A stretch of DNA of 64,000 bases from Macrostomum lignano (lineage: Eukaryota). The notes under the pieces are model-generated. The model saw only the letters and a program-made list of their open reading frames with translations, was not told where the DNA came from and ran no database searches. The position numbers and the translations under genes were made by a program. The DNA lies in contig NIVC01003570.1 in NCBI GenBank assembly GCA_002269645.1, forward strand, positions 1-64,000, given 5' to 3'. Every line of letters starts with the position of its first letter. Within the stretch, counting starts at the first letter, position 1. Of this stretch, positions 41,001-53,200 are shown piece by piece.

Positions 41001-43546
41001 CACAAGTTTATTGCTGGTTGAAGGGTGTCTTGGTCTGAGGGTTTCACAAGTTTATTGCTGGTTGAAGGGTGTCTTGGTCTGAGGGTTTCACAAGTTTATT
41101 GCTGGTTGAAGGGTGTCTTGGTCTGAGGGTTTCACAAGTTTATTGCTGGTTGAAGGGTGTCTTGGTCTGAGGGTTTCACAAGTTTATTGCTGGTTGAAGG
41201 GTGTCTTGGTCTGAGGGTTTCACAAGTTTATTGCTGGTTGAAGGGTGTCTTGGTCTGAGGGTTTCACAAGTTTATTGCTGGTTGAAGGGTGTCTTGGTCT
41301 GAGGGTTTCACAAGTTTATTGCTGGTTGAAGGGTGTCTTGGTCTGAGGGTTTCACAAGTTTATTGCTGATTGAAGGGTGTCTTGGTCTGAGGGTTTCACA
41401 AGTTTATTGCTGATTGAAGGGTGTCTTGGTCTGAGGGTTTCACAAGTTTATTGCTGATTGAAGGGTGTCTTGGTCTGAGGGTTTCACAAGTTTATTGCTG
41501 GTTGAAGGGTGTTTTGGTCTGAGGGTTTCACAAGTTTATTGCTGGTTGAAGGGTGTCTTGGTCTGAGGGTTTCACAAGTTTATTGCTGATTGAAGGGTGT
41601 CTTGGTCTGAGGGTTTCACAAGTTTATTGCTGATTGAAGGGTGTCTTGGTCTGAGGGTTTCACAAGTTTATTGCTGATTGAAGGGTGTCTTGGTCTGAGG
41701 GTTTCACAAGTTTATTGCTGATTGAAGGGTGTCTTGGTCTGAGGGTTTCACAAGTTTATTGCTGATTGAAGGGTGTCTTGGTCTGAGGGTTTCACAAGTT
41801 TATTGCTGGTTGAAGGGTGTCTTGGTCTGAGGGTTTCACAAGTTTATTGCTGGTTGAAGGGTGTCTTGGTCTGAGGGTTTCACAAGTTTATTGCTGATTG
41901 AAGGGTGTCTTGGTCTGAGGGTTTCACAAGTTTATTGCTGGTTGAAGGGTGTCTTGGTCTGAGGGTTTCACAAGTTTATTGCTGGTTGAAGGGTGTCTTG
42001 GTCTGAGGGTTTCACAAGTTTATTGCTGGTTGAAGGGTGTCTTGGTCTGAGGGTTTCACAAGTTTATTGCTGATTGAAGGGTGTCTTGGTCTGAGGGTTT
42101 CACAAGTTTATTGCTGGTTGAAGGGTGTCTTGGTCTGAGGGTTTCACAAGTTTATTGCTGGTTGAAGGGTGTCTTGGTCTGAGGGTTTCACAAGTTTATT
42201 GCTGGTTGAAGGGTGTCTTGGTCTGAGGGTTTCACAAGTTTATTGCTGATTGAAGGGTGTCTTGGTCTGAGGGTTTCACAAGTTTATTGCTGGTTGAAGG
42301 GTGTCTTGGTCTGAGGGTTTCACAAGTTTATTGCTGATTGAAGGGTGTCTTGGTCTGAGGGTTTCACAAGTTTATTGCTGGTTGAAGGGTGTCTTGGTCT
42401 GAGGGTTTCACAAGTTTATTGCTGGTTGAAGGGTGTCTTGGTCTGAGGGTTTCACAAGTTTATTGCTGGTTGAAGGGTGTCTTGGTCTGAGGGTTTCACA
42501 AGTTTATTGCTGGTTGAAGGGTGTCTTGGTCTGAGGGTTTCACAAGTTTATTGCTGGTTGAAGGGTGTCTTGGTCTGAGGGTTTCACAAGTTTATTGCTG
42601 ATTGAAGGGTGTCTTGGTCTGAGGGTTTCACAAGTTTATTGCTGGTTGAAGGGTGTCTTGGTCTGAGGGTTTCACAAGTTTATTGCTGGTTGAAGGGTGT
42701 CTTGGTCTGAGGGTTTCACAAGTTTATTGCTGATTGAAGGGTGTCTTGGTCTGAGGGTTTCACAAGTTTATTGCTGGTTGAAGGGTGTCTTGGTCTGAGG
42801 GTTTCACAAGTTTATTGCTGGTTGAAGGGTGTCTTGGTCTGAGGGTTTCACAAGTTTATTGCTGGTTGAAGGGTGTCTTGGTCTGAGGGTTTCACAAGTT
42901 TATTGCTGATTGAAGGGTGTCTTGGTCTGAGGGTTTCACAAGTTTATTGCTGGTTGAAGGGTGTCTTGGTCTGAGGGTTTCACAAGTTTATTGCTGATTG
43001 AAGGGTGTCTTGGTCTGAGGGTTTCACAAGTTTATTGCTGGTTGAAAAGACAAACAGCTAAATTCGATTTTCATCAAACTTGCTAAGATATTTTCTAATA
43101 TTCTATTAACTAATATCGAATGCTTTTGAATAGTCGGTCAAGGTAGGCCTAAACGCTGCACTGCACCAAACTCTGTAATCAAGCTGCTGCCTCACCGGAG
43201 CGCAGGTAGATCTGGCGGTACACGGAGATCCGCATTGCTCCTCCGCACATCTGGGCGGGGTTGCCAGCGCAGTTGGCGTAGCAGTCGGCGTCGGGTGCCG
43301 CGCCAAAACTGCCGTACGAGTTGCCGCAATAGCATTCGATGTGGAATTGGACGCCGAAGTACTTGAAGTTGCCGTAGCCGCAGAGACGTTGGACCAGCCC
43401 GCCAGGCCGTTGAGGTCGCGGCTCCCATCTTCCGAGAAGTCGAAGAAGCAGCCCAGAGGATCGAATTCGGCAGCCATGGAGTGGCGCAGGGCGAGGCAGC
43501 ACAGAACTGCCAGCAGAAGGGTTGAGGCTCGCACTTTCAAGATCAA
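38049..43546 (-). pseudogene. Secreted WSC-domain + PAN/apple-like protein gene with a frameshift (pseudogene or assembly error); exons ~43196-43546 and 38049-38320
   Basis: Signal-peptide-like LLLAVLCCLAL; WSC motifs GCFFD...RDLNGL and (shifted frame) LC.YG.FKYFGVQ..ECYCGN.YG...C...C.GN..QMCGG.MRISVY; phase-1 donor GTGAG at 43195 matches the acceptor at 38321-38322 and gives C.LSC..DC.AV.F...CYLL then a stop. Frame break at ~43391-43396; no in-frame ATG before the signal peptide. Confidence 0.7.
38425..43045. repeat. 44-bp minisatellite (GGTTGAAGGGTGTCTTGGTCTGAGGGTTTCACAAGTTTATTGCT), ~105 near-identical copies, filling the WSC-gene intron
   Basis: Period of 44 measured (38581 to 38625). Confidence 0.98.
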
Positions 43547-44684
43547 AGTGTGCTGTGCAGTCCTTCTGTTTTGTTTCGCGCATATTTATCGGGAATGAAT
43601 GCAGCTTGGATGCTAAAAATTGCTGGTTGCCATGCACTGTTGCAACTGTCAACAGTTGGTCCGTGCCAGAGCCCAAAGCCCATCTATTTCTATCTATTTT
43701 CGCATCTCGTTGCATCGCTTCCGATGCAAAGACGTCTAAACTAGTGGTCCTTGTTCCGATTGCTAATAGTCCGCTTCAGTCTTAGGGGGAAGGAGAGGTG
43801 GGGAGCAGAGAGGAGAGGCATTGGCGTCCCTGGCAACGGGCTCCTTGAGAGCGCGCTAATTAACGAAAGACGCAGGTCTGGCCGTACTTCTGTTTCCTGT
43901 GGCTTCTCCTTCCCTCTGTTTTGCACCCCTTCATTTCTCACCAAGAAGGATGAACCACCGCAATGTGCCATCCTGTAATTTTCCACCCTGAAATGTGTCT
44001 TGCCTGCATGTGTAATCCAGGGGGCCGTAGCCTACTCGATCCAGAGCGGCGCTAAATTATTTCGTATGTGCCGGCGTCAGTACAGCCGCTGTGCACTCCT
44101 GTATGAGCCATTGTTTCGAAAATCTTTTCAGCCGGAAATGGAAAGATAAACAAAAAAAATAAAATATTTGTGACTTATTATTAAAATTGATTCGTTTTAA
44201 GACGTGAAATTATTTGTTCAAGTGTTTTTAACATTGTAATTATGATCACGCCGAAATTCTTAACATTACACTTGTAAAGCTCTCTTTATCAACTGCGTTG
44301 CCTTTATTTTGTCTAGCGGATTCTGCTGTATTTTTGAGAGCTTACAACGGAAAGCATCGCGTTTTTCTTCACTTTAGCTCAAAGAAGTAAAGCTACGCTC
44401 CTCGGGGTTGGCGGTCTGTCTTGGCTGCGCCAGCTGTTCCTCCTCTGGAGCGGCCTCCGCGCCGGGCTCATTTTGTTTTTTCCGGCCGGCCGTGTCCGCC
44501 TGTCAACCGCATGGGCCAGTTAGCCGCCTCGCTTTTGATGTCTCTCTGAAACGGATGCTGGCTGCTGTAGTTTTTTCATGCGCTGCTTCATTCCACTGTG
44601 AACTCCTACTTGTTTGCGGCATTCTATTGTCTTGGTTGCCTCATCATTTATGCCCGCCGAAATTTACTCTAGCCCCGCCTCCTT

Positions 44685-45165
44685 ACTTAGGCGTCCATTA
44701 TTTCATTATTTACGCCAAGCCCCACTCCAATCCATTATGTACGCCAAGCTCCCCAATTCATTATGTACGCCAAGCCCCACCCCAACCCCCAATCCATTAT
44801 GTACGCCAAGCTCCCCAATCCATTATGTACGCCAAGCTCCCCAATCCATTATGTACGCAAAGCCCCACTCCAATCCATTATGTACACCAAGCCTCACCCC
44901 AATCCATTATGTACACCAAGCCCCACCCCAATCCATTATTTACGCCAAGCCCAACCCCCAATCCATTATTTACGCCAAGCCCCACCCCAATCCATTATTT
45001 ACGCCAAGCCCAACCCCCAATCCATTATTTACGCCAAGCCCCACCCCAATCCATTATGTACGCCAAGCCCCACCCCAACCCCCAATCCATTATGTACACC
45101 AAGCCCCACCCCAATCCATTATGTACGCCAAGCCCCACCCCAACCCCCAGTCCATTATGTATGCC
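44685..45165. repeat. ~28-36-bp minisatellite (CCAATCCATTATGTACGCCAAGCCCCA...)
   Basis: Visible tandem units of variable length. Confidence 0.9.
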
Positions 45166-45604
45166 GGAAATTCAAGCGTATAGGCCGCACTATGGTGTGT
45201 GAGTGTGCCTGCCTGTGCGTATGACTGAACCTTTGTCTCTTCAACGCCCAATTTGAATGTATATTTGATTATCAAATTTTCAATTCGTAGAACTTCGCAA
45301 CCATTTTTTATTTAAAAACAATGAAAATTACATCTTACTGGGCAATAATGATAACGTTTTTGATACGATGTTTTGATATTTACATCTTCATTTTCGGTGT
45401 GTGGTTTGTATTTGGGAACGAAATTTCAAGTATTCGTACATAATAGAGCTAGTCGAATAAAACTTGACAAAATTTTGACAAAGCATAATACAAGAGAAAG
45501 CCATATACTTATTATAGCGAGTTAGCGATATAGCGATACTTATTAGCGAGAGCCTATGTTAGCGAACAACAGGGTTTATATAGTTTGTATTTACACATCT
45601 AGGG

Positions 45605-45970
45605 AATCGGGTGGGTGCTTCGCGGGATAGGAAATTATAATACTCGTAGAAAGCAAGGCCAGGGGAAGAGACCTTCACTGAGCGTGTACATACTGGGAGT
45701 GAGGTGGGCGCTTCGCGGGTTAGGAAATTAGAAGGGAGCGTGTACATCCTGGTAGTGAGGTGGGCGCTTCGCGGGGTAGGAAATTAGAAGGCAAGACCCA
45801 GTGAAAGAGACTTTCACTGAGCGTGTACATCTTGAGAGGGGGATGGGCGCTTCGCGGGGTAGGAAATAAGAAGGGAGTGTGTACACCCTGGGGTGAGGTG
45901 GGCACTTCGCGGGGTAGGAAATTAAAAGGCAAGGCCAGGGGAAGAGACTTTCTGAGCGTGTATATCCTAG
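45605..45970. repeat. Degenerate tandem repeat with core GGGCGCTTCGCGGGGTAGGAAATTA, alternating long and short units
   Basis: Five core copies are visible. Confidence 0.75.
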
Positions 45971-47278
45971 GGAATGGGGTGGAAAAGGAAAGAGGCAGAT
46001 TAGGAGGCGTTTCTACGTTTGTAGTCTTCCAGTGAGTAGGGCATGTGCTTTATGAGGCATAAAGATATACAATTGGCATTCACAACAACTGATTTAAATG
46101 TACAGTACTCTAATAAATAAACCAAAGCTGTTTCGCAAAACAAATTGCCTTCAATCGTTAAGCAGACAAATACAGCAAGAAACAGAAAGCTCTTTTCTGC
46201 TTTACACTGCATTAATAAGCAATCAAGATGTGCGGCATTGTAACAAAATGCGAGTGCTAAAAGCAACTACCGAGGCTGGATTAGGCATGGAAGCATTGTT
46301 TACTAATTTTAACAAAAACAATTAACAGCTTTGCTTTCAACCCAGCTCAACACTCAAATGCATCGCCAGATAGACAATTCTGTAAGCACTTTAAATTCTA
46401 ATTAAGCAAACTTAAGCAGAGACAAGGAGCAAAAACTGTAGCGAGACGCAAGCAATGATTAGGGCATTAAAAATTTGACTAATTCTGGTGAAACATGGAT
46501 TGCCGGAAAGCATGAATATTTCACAATAGGCAAGCGGGCAAGCAAGCTCATCAATGGAATCACAGCGAATATTTAATTTATGCTCCAATGATGCTAATGC
46601 CATTCAAATGATATGTGAACCTTGTGTACCACTGAAGGGTAGGCAGTAGCAAAAGTAAGCCAGTTTCATATTAAAACCCCTTTACATAAGCCACTCGATA
46701 AATTTTCTTACAAAATGCACCCAGTCTACTTTCTGTTGGGCATAAGAGTGCGCATGACTTCCTTAATTTGTTCGTCAGGACATTAAGTTTGGAAGAAAAC
46801 GTACAGAAAACAGCTGAAGTTGTAAGCGTAAAAGAACCCTGCTATCAGGGCAGTCTAAATGTACATTTTTAGCTGGCGCCTCTGAAAATGTACATGGCTG
46901 GGGAAGGCAAATAAAATGGGGCAGGGGGCCTCGGGGTAAGAGATTTCGGGTGCAGAATACGTGGTCCGAGGGTTGGGCTAGGGAAGCGATCGATAACTGA
47001 GCCAATAAAGTCATCGGAAAGAGCAGAGAAGCCTGTAGTAACATTTGATTTTAATTTTAATTCGACCAAAAATCCCAGCAGACGCCCAATCGAAAGTAGC
47101 ATGAGCATCAAATTACCAACTGGCCCATCCGGGGCTGCAAATAGCTCTGGCATTATCACTAACAGTAAAGTACTTTTTTTACTGACGTCTACTAATTTAA
47201 CGATAGTTTTCCATACTTGCTACTGTCCAGCAATTTCAGTAGTCTAAAGCGCAAGTTGTGATTAAGAAGCCTAGAAAG

Positions 47279-50200
47279 CTAGCTGTTCACTTGATTGCCG
47301 CGCAGCTCCTCGACCCGGCTGCAGGCGATCGTCTTGCGCTTCTGCCTGTCGTGCTGAAGGCCGCGACCGTGCAGCGACCGCGTCATCACCGGCTGTTGCT
47401 GCTGCTGCCCGCTGTCGCTGCTGAGGTCCTCGGTAGACAGAGCGGCTGGCATAGACATGGAGCTGAAGATTTCAATTGGATTTTCGGCTTTAAATACAAA
47501 GTTACAAAGCAGATGTTTAAATTAAATCTTACTTTGAACCTTAGTTTCAATTATTCCTATGTTATTTTATTCTATTTATTAATTATGACTAATTTTTTGC
47601 AATGCATTTAGCTCCGGTGGGCCTTACAGTTCAGGTGGCGACTCCCGCTGCAGTTGCATCGCCTCCATCTTGAACTTGAGCTCGTCATAGTTCATGCTCA
47701 GCCGGGTCTTCGCTCGCGACTCCTGGTCGAATTTCCGCATCAGCTGCTGGTGCTTCTCCTGCAGGATTCTGCGGGATGGCGGAGCGTTTATTGTCTGTTA
47801 GACAGGGCGTCTGTTGCCAGAACTGTGCGTCTCACTGTAGCCACTACAGGTGCTCATGAGCACCAACTCACATGATCTCATTTTTAGGCCCAAAACATCA
47901 ACTCGCTAAAACATTCCACTCATAAGCTCACTCATGAACTCATGAACTCACTTCTGAACTCATGAACTCAATCATGAACTCATTCATCAACTCAATAATG
48001 AACTCACTCATCAACTCAATCATGAACTCACTCATCAACTCAATCATGAACTCACTCATCAACCCAATCATGAACTCACTCATCAACTCAATAATGAACT
48101 CACTCATCAACTCAATCATGAACTCACTCATCAACTCAATCATGAGCTCACTCATCAACGCAATCATGAACTCACCCATGAACTCACTCATGAACTCAAT
48201 CATGAACTCACCCATGAACTCACTCGTGACTCATGAACTCAATCATGAACTCACCCATGAACTCACTCATGAACTCAATCATGAACTCACCCATGAACTC
48301 ACTCGTGACTCATGAACTCAATCATGAACTCACCCATGAACTCACTCATGACTCATGAACTTACTCATGAACTCATGAACTCACTCATGAACTCAATCAT
48401 GAACTCACTCATGACTCATGAACTAAATCATGAACTCACCCATGAACTCACTCATGACTCATGAACTTACTCACGAACTCATGAACTCACTCATGAACTC
48501 AATCTTGAACTCATTTTTAAACTCCTGAACTCACTCATGAACTCAATCATGAACTCACCCATGAACTCACTCATAAACTCATGAACTCATTTTTGAACTC
48601 CTGAACTCACTCATGAACTCATGAACTCATTTTGAACTCATGAACTTACTCATAAACTCACTCATAGGTCATGAACAACAGAGCTCTCAGAAAGGCAAGA
48701 CATGACTCACTTCTCATTGTCCGTCTTGAGCTCTATGAGAGCCTCCAGGTTCTCAAGCTTGTATTGCAGCTGCCTGTTGGCCTCCTTGACATCCGCCAGG
48801 CTGCCAAGCTTCTCTTGCAGCTCCGCCTTCTCAGAGCGCAGATCCGCGATCTCCCGCTGCTTGAGCTCCAGCACCGTCTTTAACGAGTCGATTTCGTCTG
48901 GCAGATCTTTGTAGGCAGAGATGGCGACCTTGAGGGGGGTAGTTTTTTTTTAAAATTGAGTCTTTGTTGCACTTGAGCACTGGGTAAGGTTGAGATTTCT
49001 TGGAAAACAAAACAGCAACCAAAACTTCCAGACTAAGTGGCGAAAACGAATCGCAGAGTGCAACAAACTGGTTAGACAGTTGTGTTAATCCGTTTAGTCA
49101 ACAAAATGCCAGCACCATTCTACGCATGGACGTCTAAATTCGAAGGACGGCTATGAGTTGTTTACCAATTCATTTGAAAACCCAGGGTCAAGAGCCCTCG
49201 CAGGTCCCAAATAGGGTGAGAAAACTTCGTGTGGGCCGGCTATCGCTGTGAAATGCATTGGGTAGATGGGCTTTGGCCATAGACAAAGTGGTCCGGGAAA
49301 AATCCATGTAAAAAGTTTTTAATGGAATGGTTGCCCTAAGTGAATCAATTTGATCCGTTTTGCAGTCAGTGACATTTGCACCTTCTATTGTATTAGAGTC
49401 CTTCTATGTACTTTAGCTGTCCATGGGAGGACCCCATAGCCTGTTAAAAACTGAAAACCGAACGCCAACAGGCCAGTGTAAAGCATTGGAAGAGTGGCTA
49501 TCTTTGACAGCGGGTTAAAGCAAGCAAGAGTGCTGGAACTCGGGCAAGGAGCTGCTGGCAGCAGGGCCACCGTTGCCATGCGCACCGCGTCACGGCTGCC
49601 TGAGTCCTCCGCATCCTCCAGGCTGTCCTGCCGATTCTGCCTGCCAGCGGCGCTGTTGTCAATGTCAACAACTGGGCCTTGGTTACAGCAACAGCTAGTG
49701 GCCTGCGTGTGGAGTCATGTGCTTGTTCAGTTGCTCAGTGTGCTTGATAGCAGAACAACATTTAATTGAAACTAAAGTGAGGCACGCAAATTACATTAGT
49801 TTGCCTTGATAAAACCTTTATTAAAACTCTAAGTGGAAGGGCGAGAGGGGAATGCAGGGAGTTAAGGAATACAGGGAATGCAGGGAGCGCAGGGAATGCA
49901 GGGAGTGCAGGGAATGAAGAGAGTGAAAGGAATGCAGGCGGTGCAGGGAGTGCAGAGATTGCAGGGAGCGCAGGGAGCGCAGGAAGTGCAGGGAGTGCAG
50001 GAAGTGCAGGGATTGCAGGGAGTGCAGGGAGCGCAGGAAGTGCAGGGAGTGCAGGAAGTGCAGAGATTGCAGGGAGCGCAGGGAGCGCAGGAAGTGCAGG
50101 GAGTGCAGGAAGTGCAGGGAGTGCAGGGAGCGCAGGAAGTGCAGCAGGGATTGCAGGGAGCGCAGGAAGTGCAGGGAGTGCAGGAAGTGCAGGGATTGCA

Positions 50201-53200
50201 GGGAGTGCAGGGAGCGCAGGAAGTGCAGGGATTGCAGGGATTGCAGGGATTGCAGGGAGCGCAGGAAGTGCAGGGACTGCAGGGATTGCAGGGAGCGCAG
50301 GAAGTGCAGGAAGTGCAGGGATTGCAGGGAGCGCAGGGAGTGCAGGGAGTGCAGGGAGTGCAGGGAGTGCAGAGAGTGCAGGGAGTGAAGGGAGCGCATG
50401 GGGATGCTAAGCGCACTAGGGGAAGAGTGGGGAGCCAACACTGCCTACAGTAAATGCTAAAAAATATTCAAAGACGCTTCACACGAGAGTTACAACATCA
50501 TCAAGCAGACAACGGTCGCATGGCTAAGCGGTTGACACCGATACCGACATGTTTTTCTCACCTGCAGTTTTATGGCCGCCTCACGCTCGATGGCGTCCTC
50601 GCGCCAGCGCTCCCGAGACCGGAGCTCGTTGCATTCCGATTGCATGACGACCAGCTTTTCCTGCGGGGGGGAGGTTAGGTTGGTGCACTCTCACGGGACG
50701 TGTTGGTGCACTCTCACGGGACGGGTTGGTGCACTCTCACGGGACGGGTTGGTGCACTCTCACGGGACGGGTTGGTGCACTCTCACGGGACGGGTTGGTG
50801 CACTCTCACGGGACGGGTTGGTGCACTCTCACGGGACGGGTTGGTGCACTCTCACGGGACGGGTTGGTGCACTCTCACGGGACGGGTTGGTGCACTCTCA
50901 CGGGACGGGTTGGTGCACTCTCACGGGACGGGTTGGTGCACTCTCACGGGACGGGTTGGTGCACTCTCACGGGACGGGTTGGTGCACTCTCACGGGACGG
51001 GTTGGTGCACTCTCACGGGACGGGTTGGTGCACTCTCACGGGACGGGTTGGTGCACTCTCACGGGACGGGTTGGTGCACTCTCACGGGACGGGTTGGTGC
51101 ACTCTCACGGGACGGGTTGGTGCACTCTCACTGGACGGGTTGGTGCACTCTCACGGGACGGGTTGGTGCACTCTCACGGGACGGGTTGGTGCACTCTCAC
51201 GGGACGGGTTGGTGCACTCTCACGGGACGGGTTGGTGCACTCTCACCACACTGCCAGCTGGAAAACCGGCTTACCGAGAGGCTGGCCTTCATCTCTTCGA
51301 ATCGGCGAGACATGTCGCTGATGCGAGCCTCGTGGTGCCGCTCGAGCTCTGGAGAGGGCGAAAATCCGGTTTGTGTCCGATGTGTACATTGTATAGATTA
51401 GCAATCAATTTGTCTCTCTATGAATGTTGGATAGATTAGCAAACCATTCGTGTATTTATGCACGTTGGCTAGATTAGCAATCCACTGAGTTCCCAGACGA
51501 TAGCCCACAAACAAAGGGTTAGTGTGCGGTCGCTCACCCAGCAGGTGCCTGGAGTCCTGCTCCTCCAGGGTTTCCAGCTCCCGTCTGAACTGAGCCTCCT
51601 TCTTTTCGATCGCCGCCTCGTGCTCCTTGCGCAGCGACTCCAGCTGGAAGTTGGAATTGGCGGGAGCAGCTGGTGTCAGGTAAGGAAAGTGCAGGGAGCG
51701 CTGGGAGCGCAGGGAGTGAAGGGAGTGAAGGGAGTGCAGGGAGTGCAAGGAGTGCAGGGAGTGCAGGGAGTGCAGGGTGCGCAGGGAGTGAAGGGAGTGC
51801 AGGGAGTGCAGGGAGTGCAGGGAGTGCAGGGTGCGCAGGGAGTGAAGGGAGTGGAGGGATTGCAGGGAGTGCAGGGAGTAAAGGGAGTGAAGGGAGTGCA
51901 GGGAGTGCAGTGAGTGCAGGGTGCGCAGGGAGTGAAGGGAGTGAAGGGAGTGCAGGGTGCGCAGGGAGTGAAGGGAGTGCAGTGAGTGCAGGGTGCGCAG
52001 GGATTGAAGGGAGTGCAGTGAGTGCAGGGAGTGCAGGGAGTGCAGGGTGCGCAGGGAGTGAAGGGAGTGCAGTGAGTGCAGTGAGTGCAGGGAGTGCAGG
52101 GAGTGAAGGGAGTGCAGTGAGTGCAGGGAGTGCAGTGAGTGCAGGGAGTGCAGTGAGTGCAGGGTGCGCAGGGAGTGAAGGGAGTGCAGTGAGTGCAGGG
52201 TGCGCAGGGAGTGAAGGGAGTGCAGTGAGTGCAGGGTGCGCAGGGAGTGAAGGGAGTGCAGGGTGCGCAGTGATCGCGCGAACTCGCCTGCCGCTCGTGG
52301 CTCTCCCGGATCTTGTCCAGCTCGCCGCGATGCGCCGCGGACAGTCGACGCTCCGCCTCCTCGCTTGCCGCGGCCACTGCCGCCTCCGCTGCGTCCGCTG
52401 CCTGTGCAGCCGCCTCTCGGATCGCGGCTGCGTCAGCTTCGGCCGCGGCCAGCGCCGCTGATGCTGCCAAGGCTTCCGACTGGCGCGTTCGCGCAGCTGC
52501 TCGGCCTCCAGTTCGAGCTGCGTGTTAGCAGCCTGCGGTTGTTGAAGTAGGTCACTGATTCACTTATGATTCACTCCTGATTCACTCCTGATTCACTCCT
52601 GATTCACTCCTGATTCACTCCTGATTCACTCTTGATTCACACCTGATTCACACCTGATTCACGCCTGATTAACATTACTAAAACTTCAGCCACACCTCAG
52701 TCACACCTGAGAGTCACTTTGTGGTGCGTGCTCTCAATTTCCCAGTCTCACCAGCAACTGCCTGACTCTGCACTAGCTGCTGCACTCACCTGCATCAGGG
52801 TGAGCTGGTCTGATGTCTCCGCCAGCTGCTCCCGAATGCTCGCCAGCCGCTCCAGCAGCCGCAGCTCTCTCGACTCCGACTGCTCGAGCTGCGTTGCCAT
52901 GGCGATGGTCACGGCTTGCAGCCCCAGACCCATCCGGCTGGCCTCCGCGCCCACCGCCTCCAGTCTCCGCCCGCTGCTGACCAGCGAGTCACCGAGCCTC
53001 CCAGCTTCACGCTGCATCTCTTCGACTTCTGCCGCTCGTTCAAGTCTCTCCTTGGCCAGGCTGCCCTCCAGCTCCTGCTGAGCTGCCAGCAGCTCCTGCC
53101 GCTGCTGCTCCAGCTGCTCCAGCTGCTGCTGTTTCTCCTCCAGCTGCTGACGCTGCTCAGCCTGCTGCTGCTCCAGCTGCTCCAGCTGCTGTTGCTTTTG

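Noticed and set aside
44021-44034. GGGGGCCGTAGCC, matching the SINE head
   Set aside because: The similarity stops after ~13 nt and there is no B box or body match.
46300-46620. Possible degenerate hAT transposase C-terminal dimerisation remnant on the minus strand
   Set aside because: The resemblance is too weak and interrupted by stops, and no TIRs were found; it would need a TBLASTN or HMM search.
49878-50453. Collagen-like G-X-Y ORF (QGVQGAQ...) and Cys-rich antisense ORFs, also at 51524-52461
   Set aside because: These are translations of a 9-bp intronic minisatellite, antisense to the MTUS-like gene.
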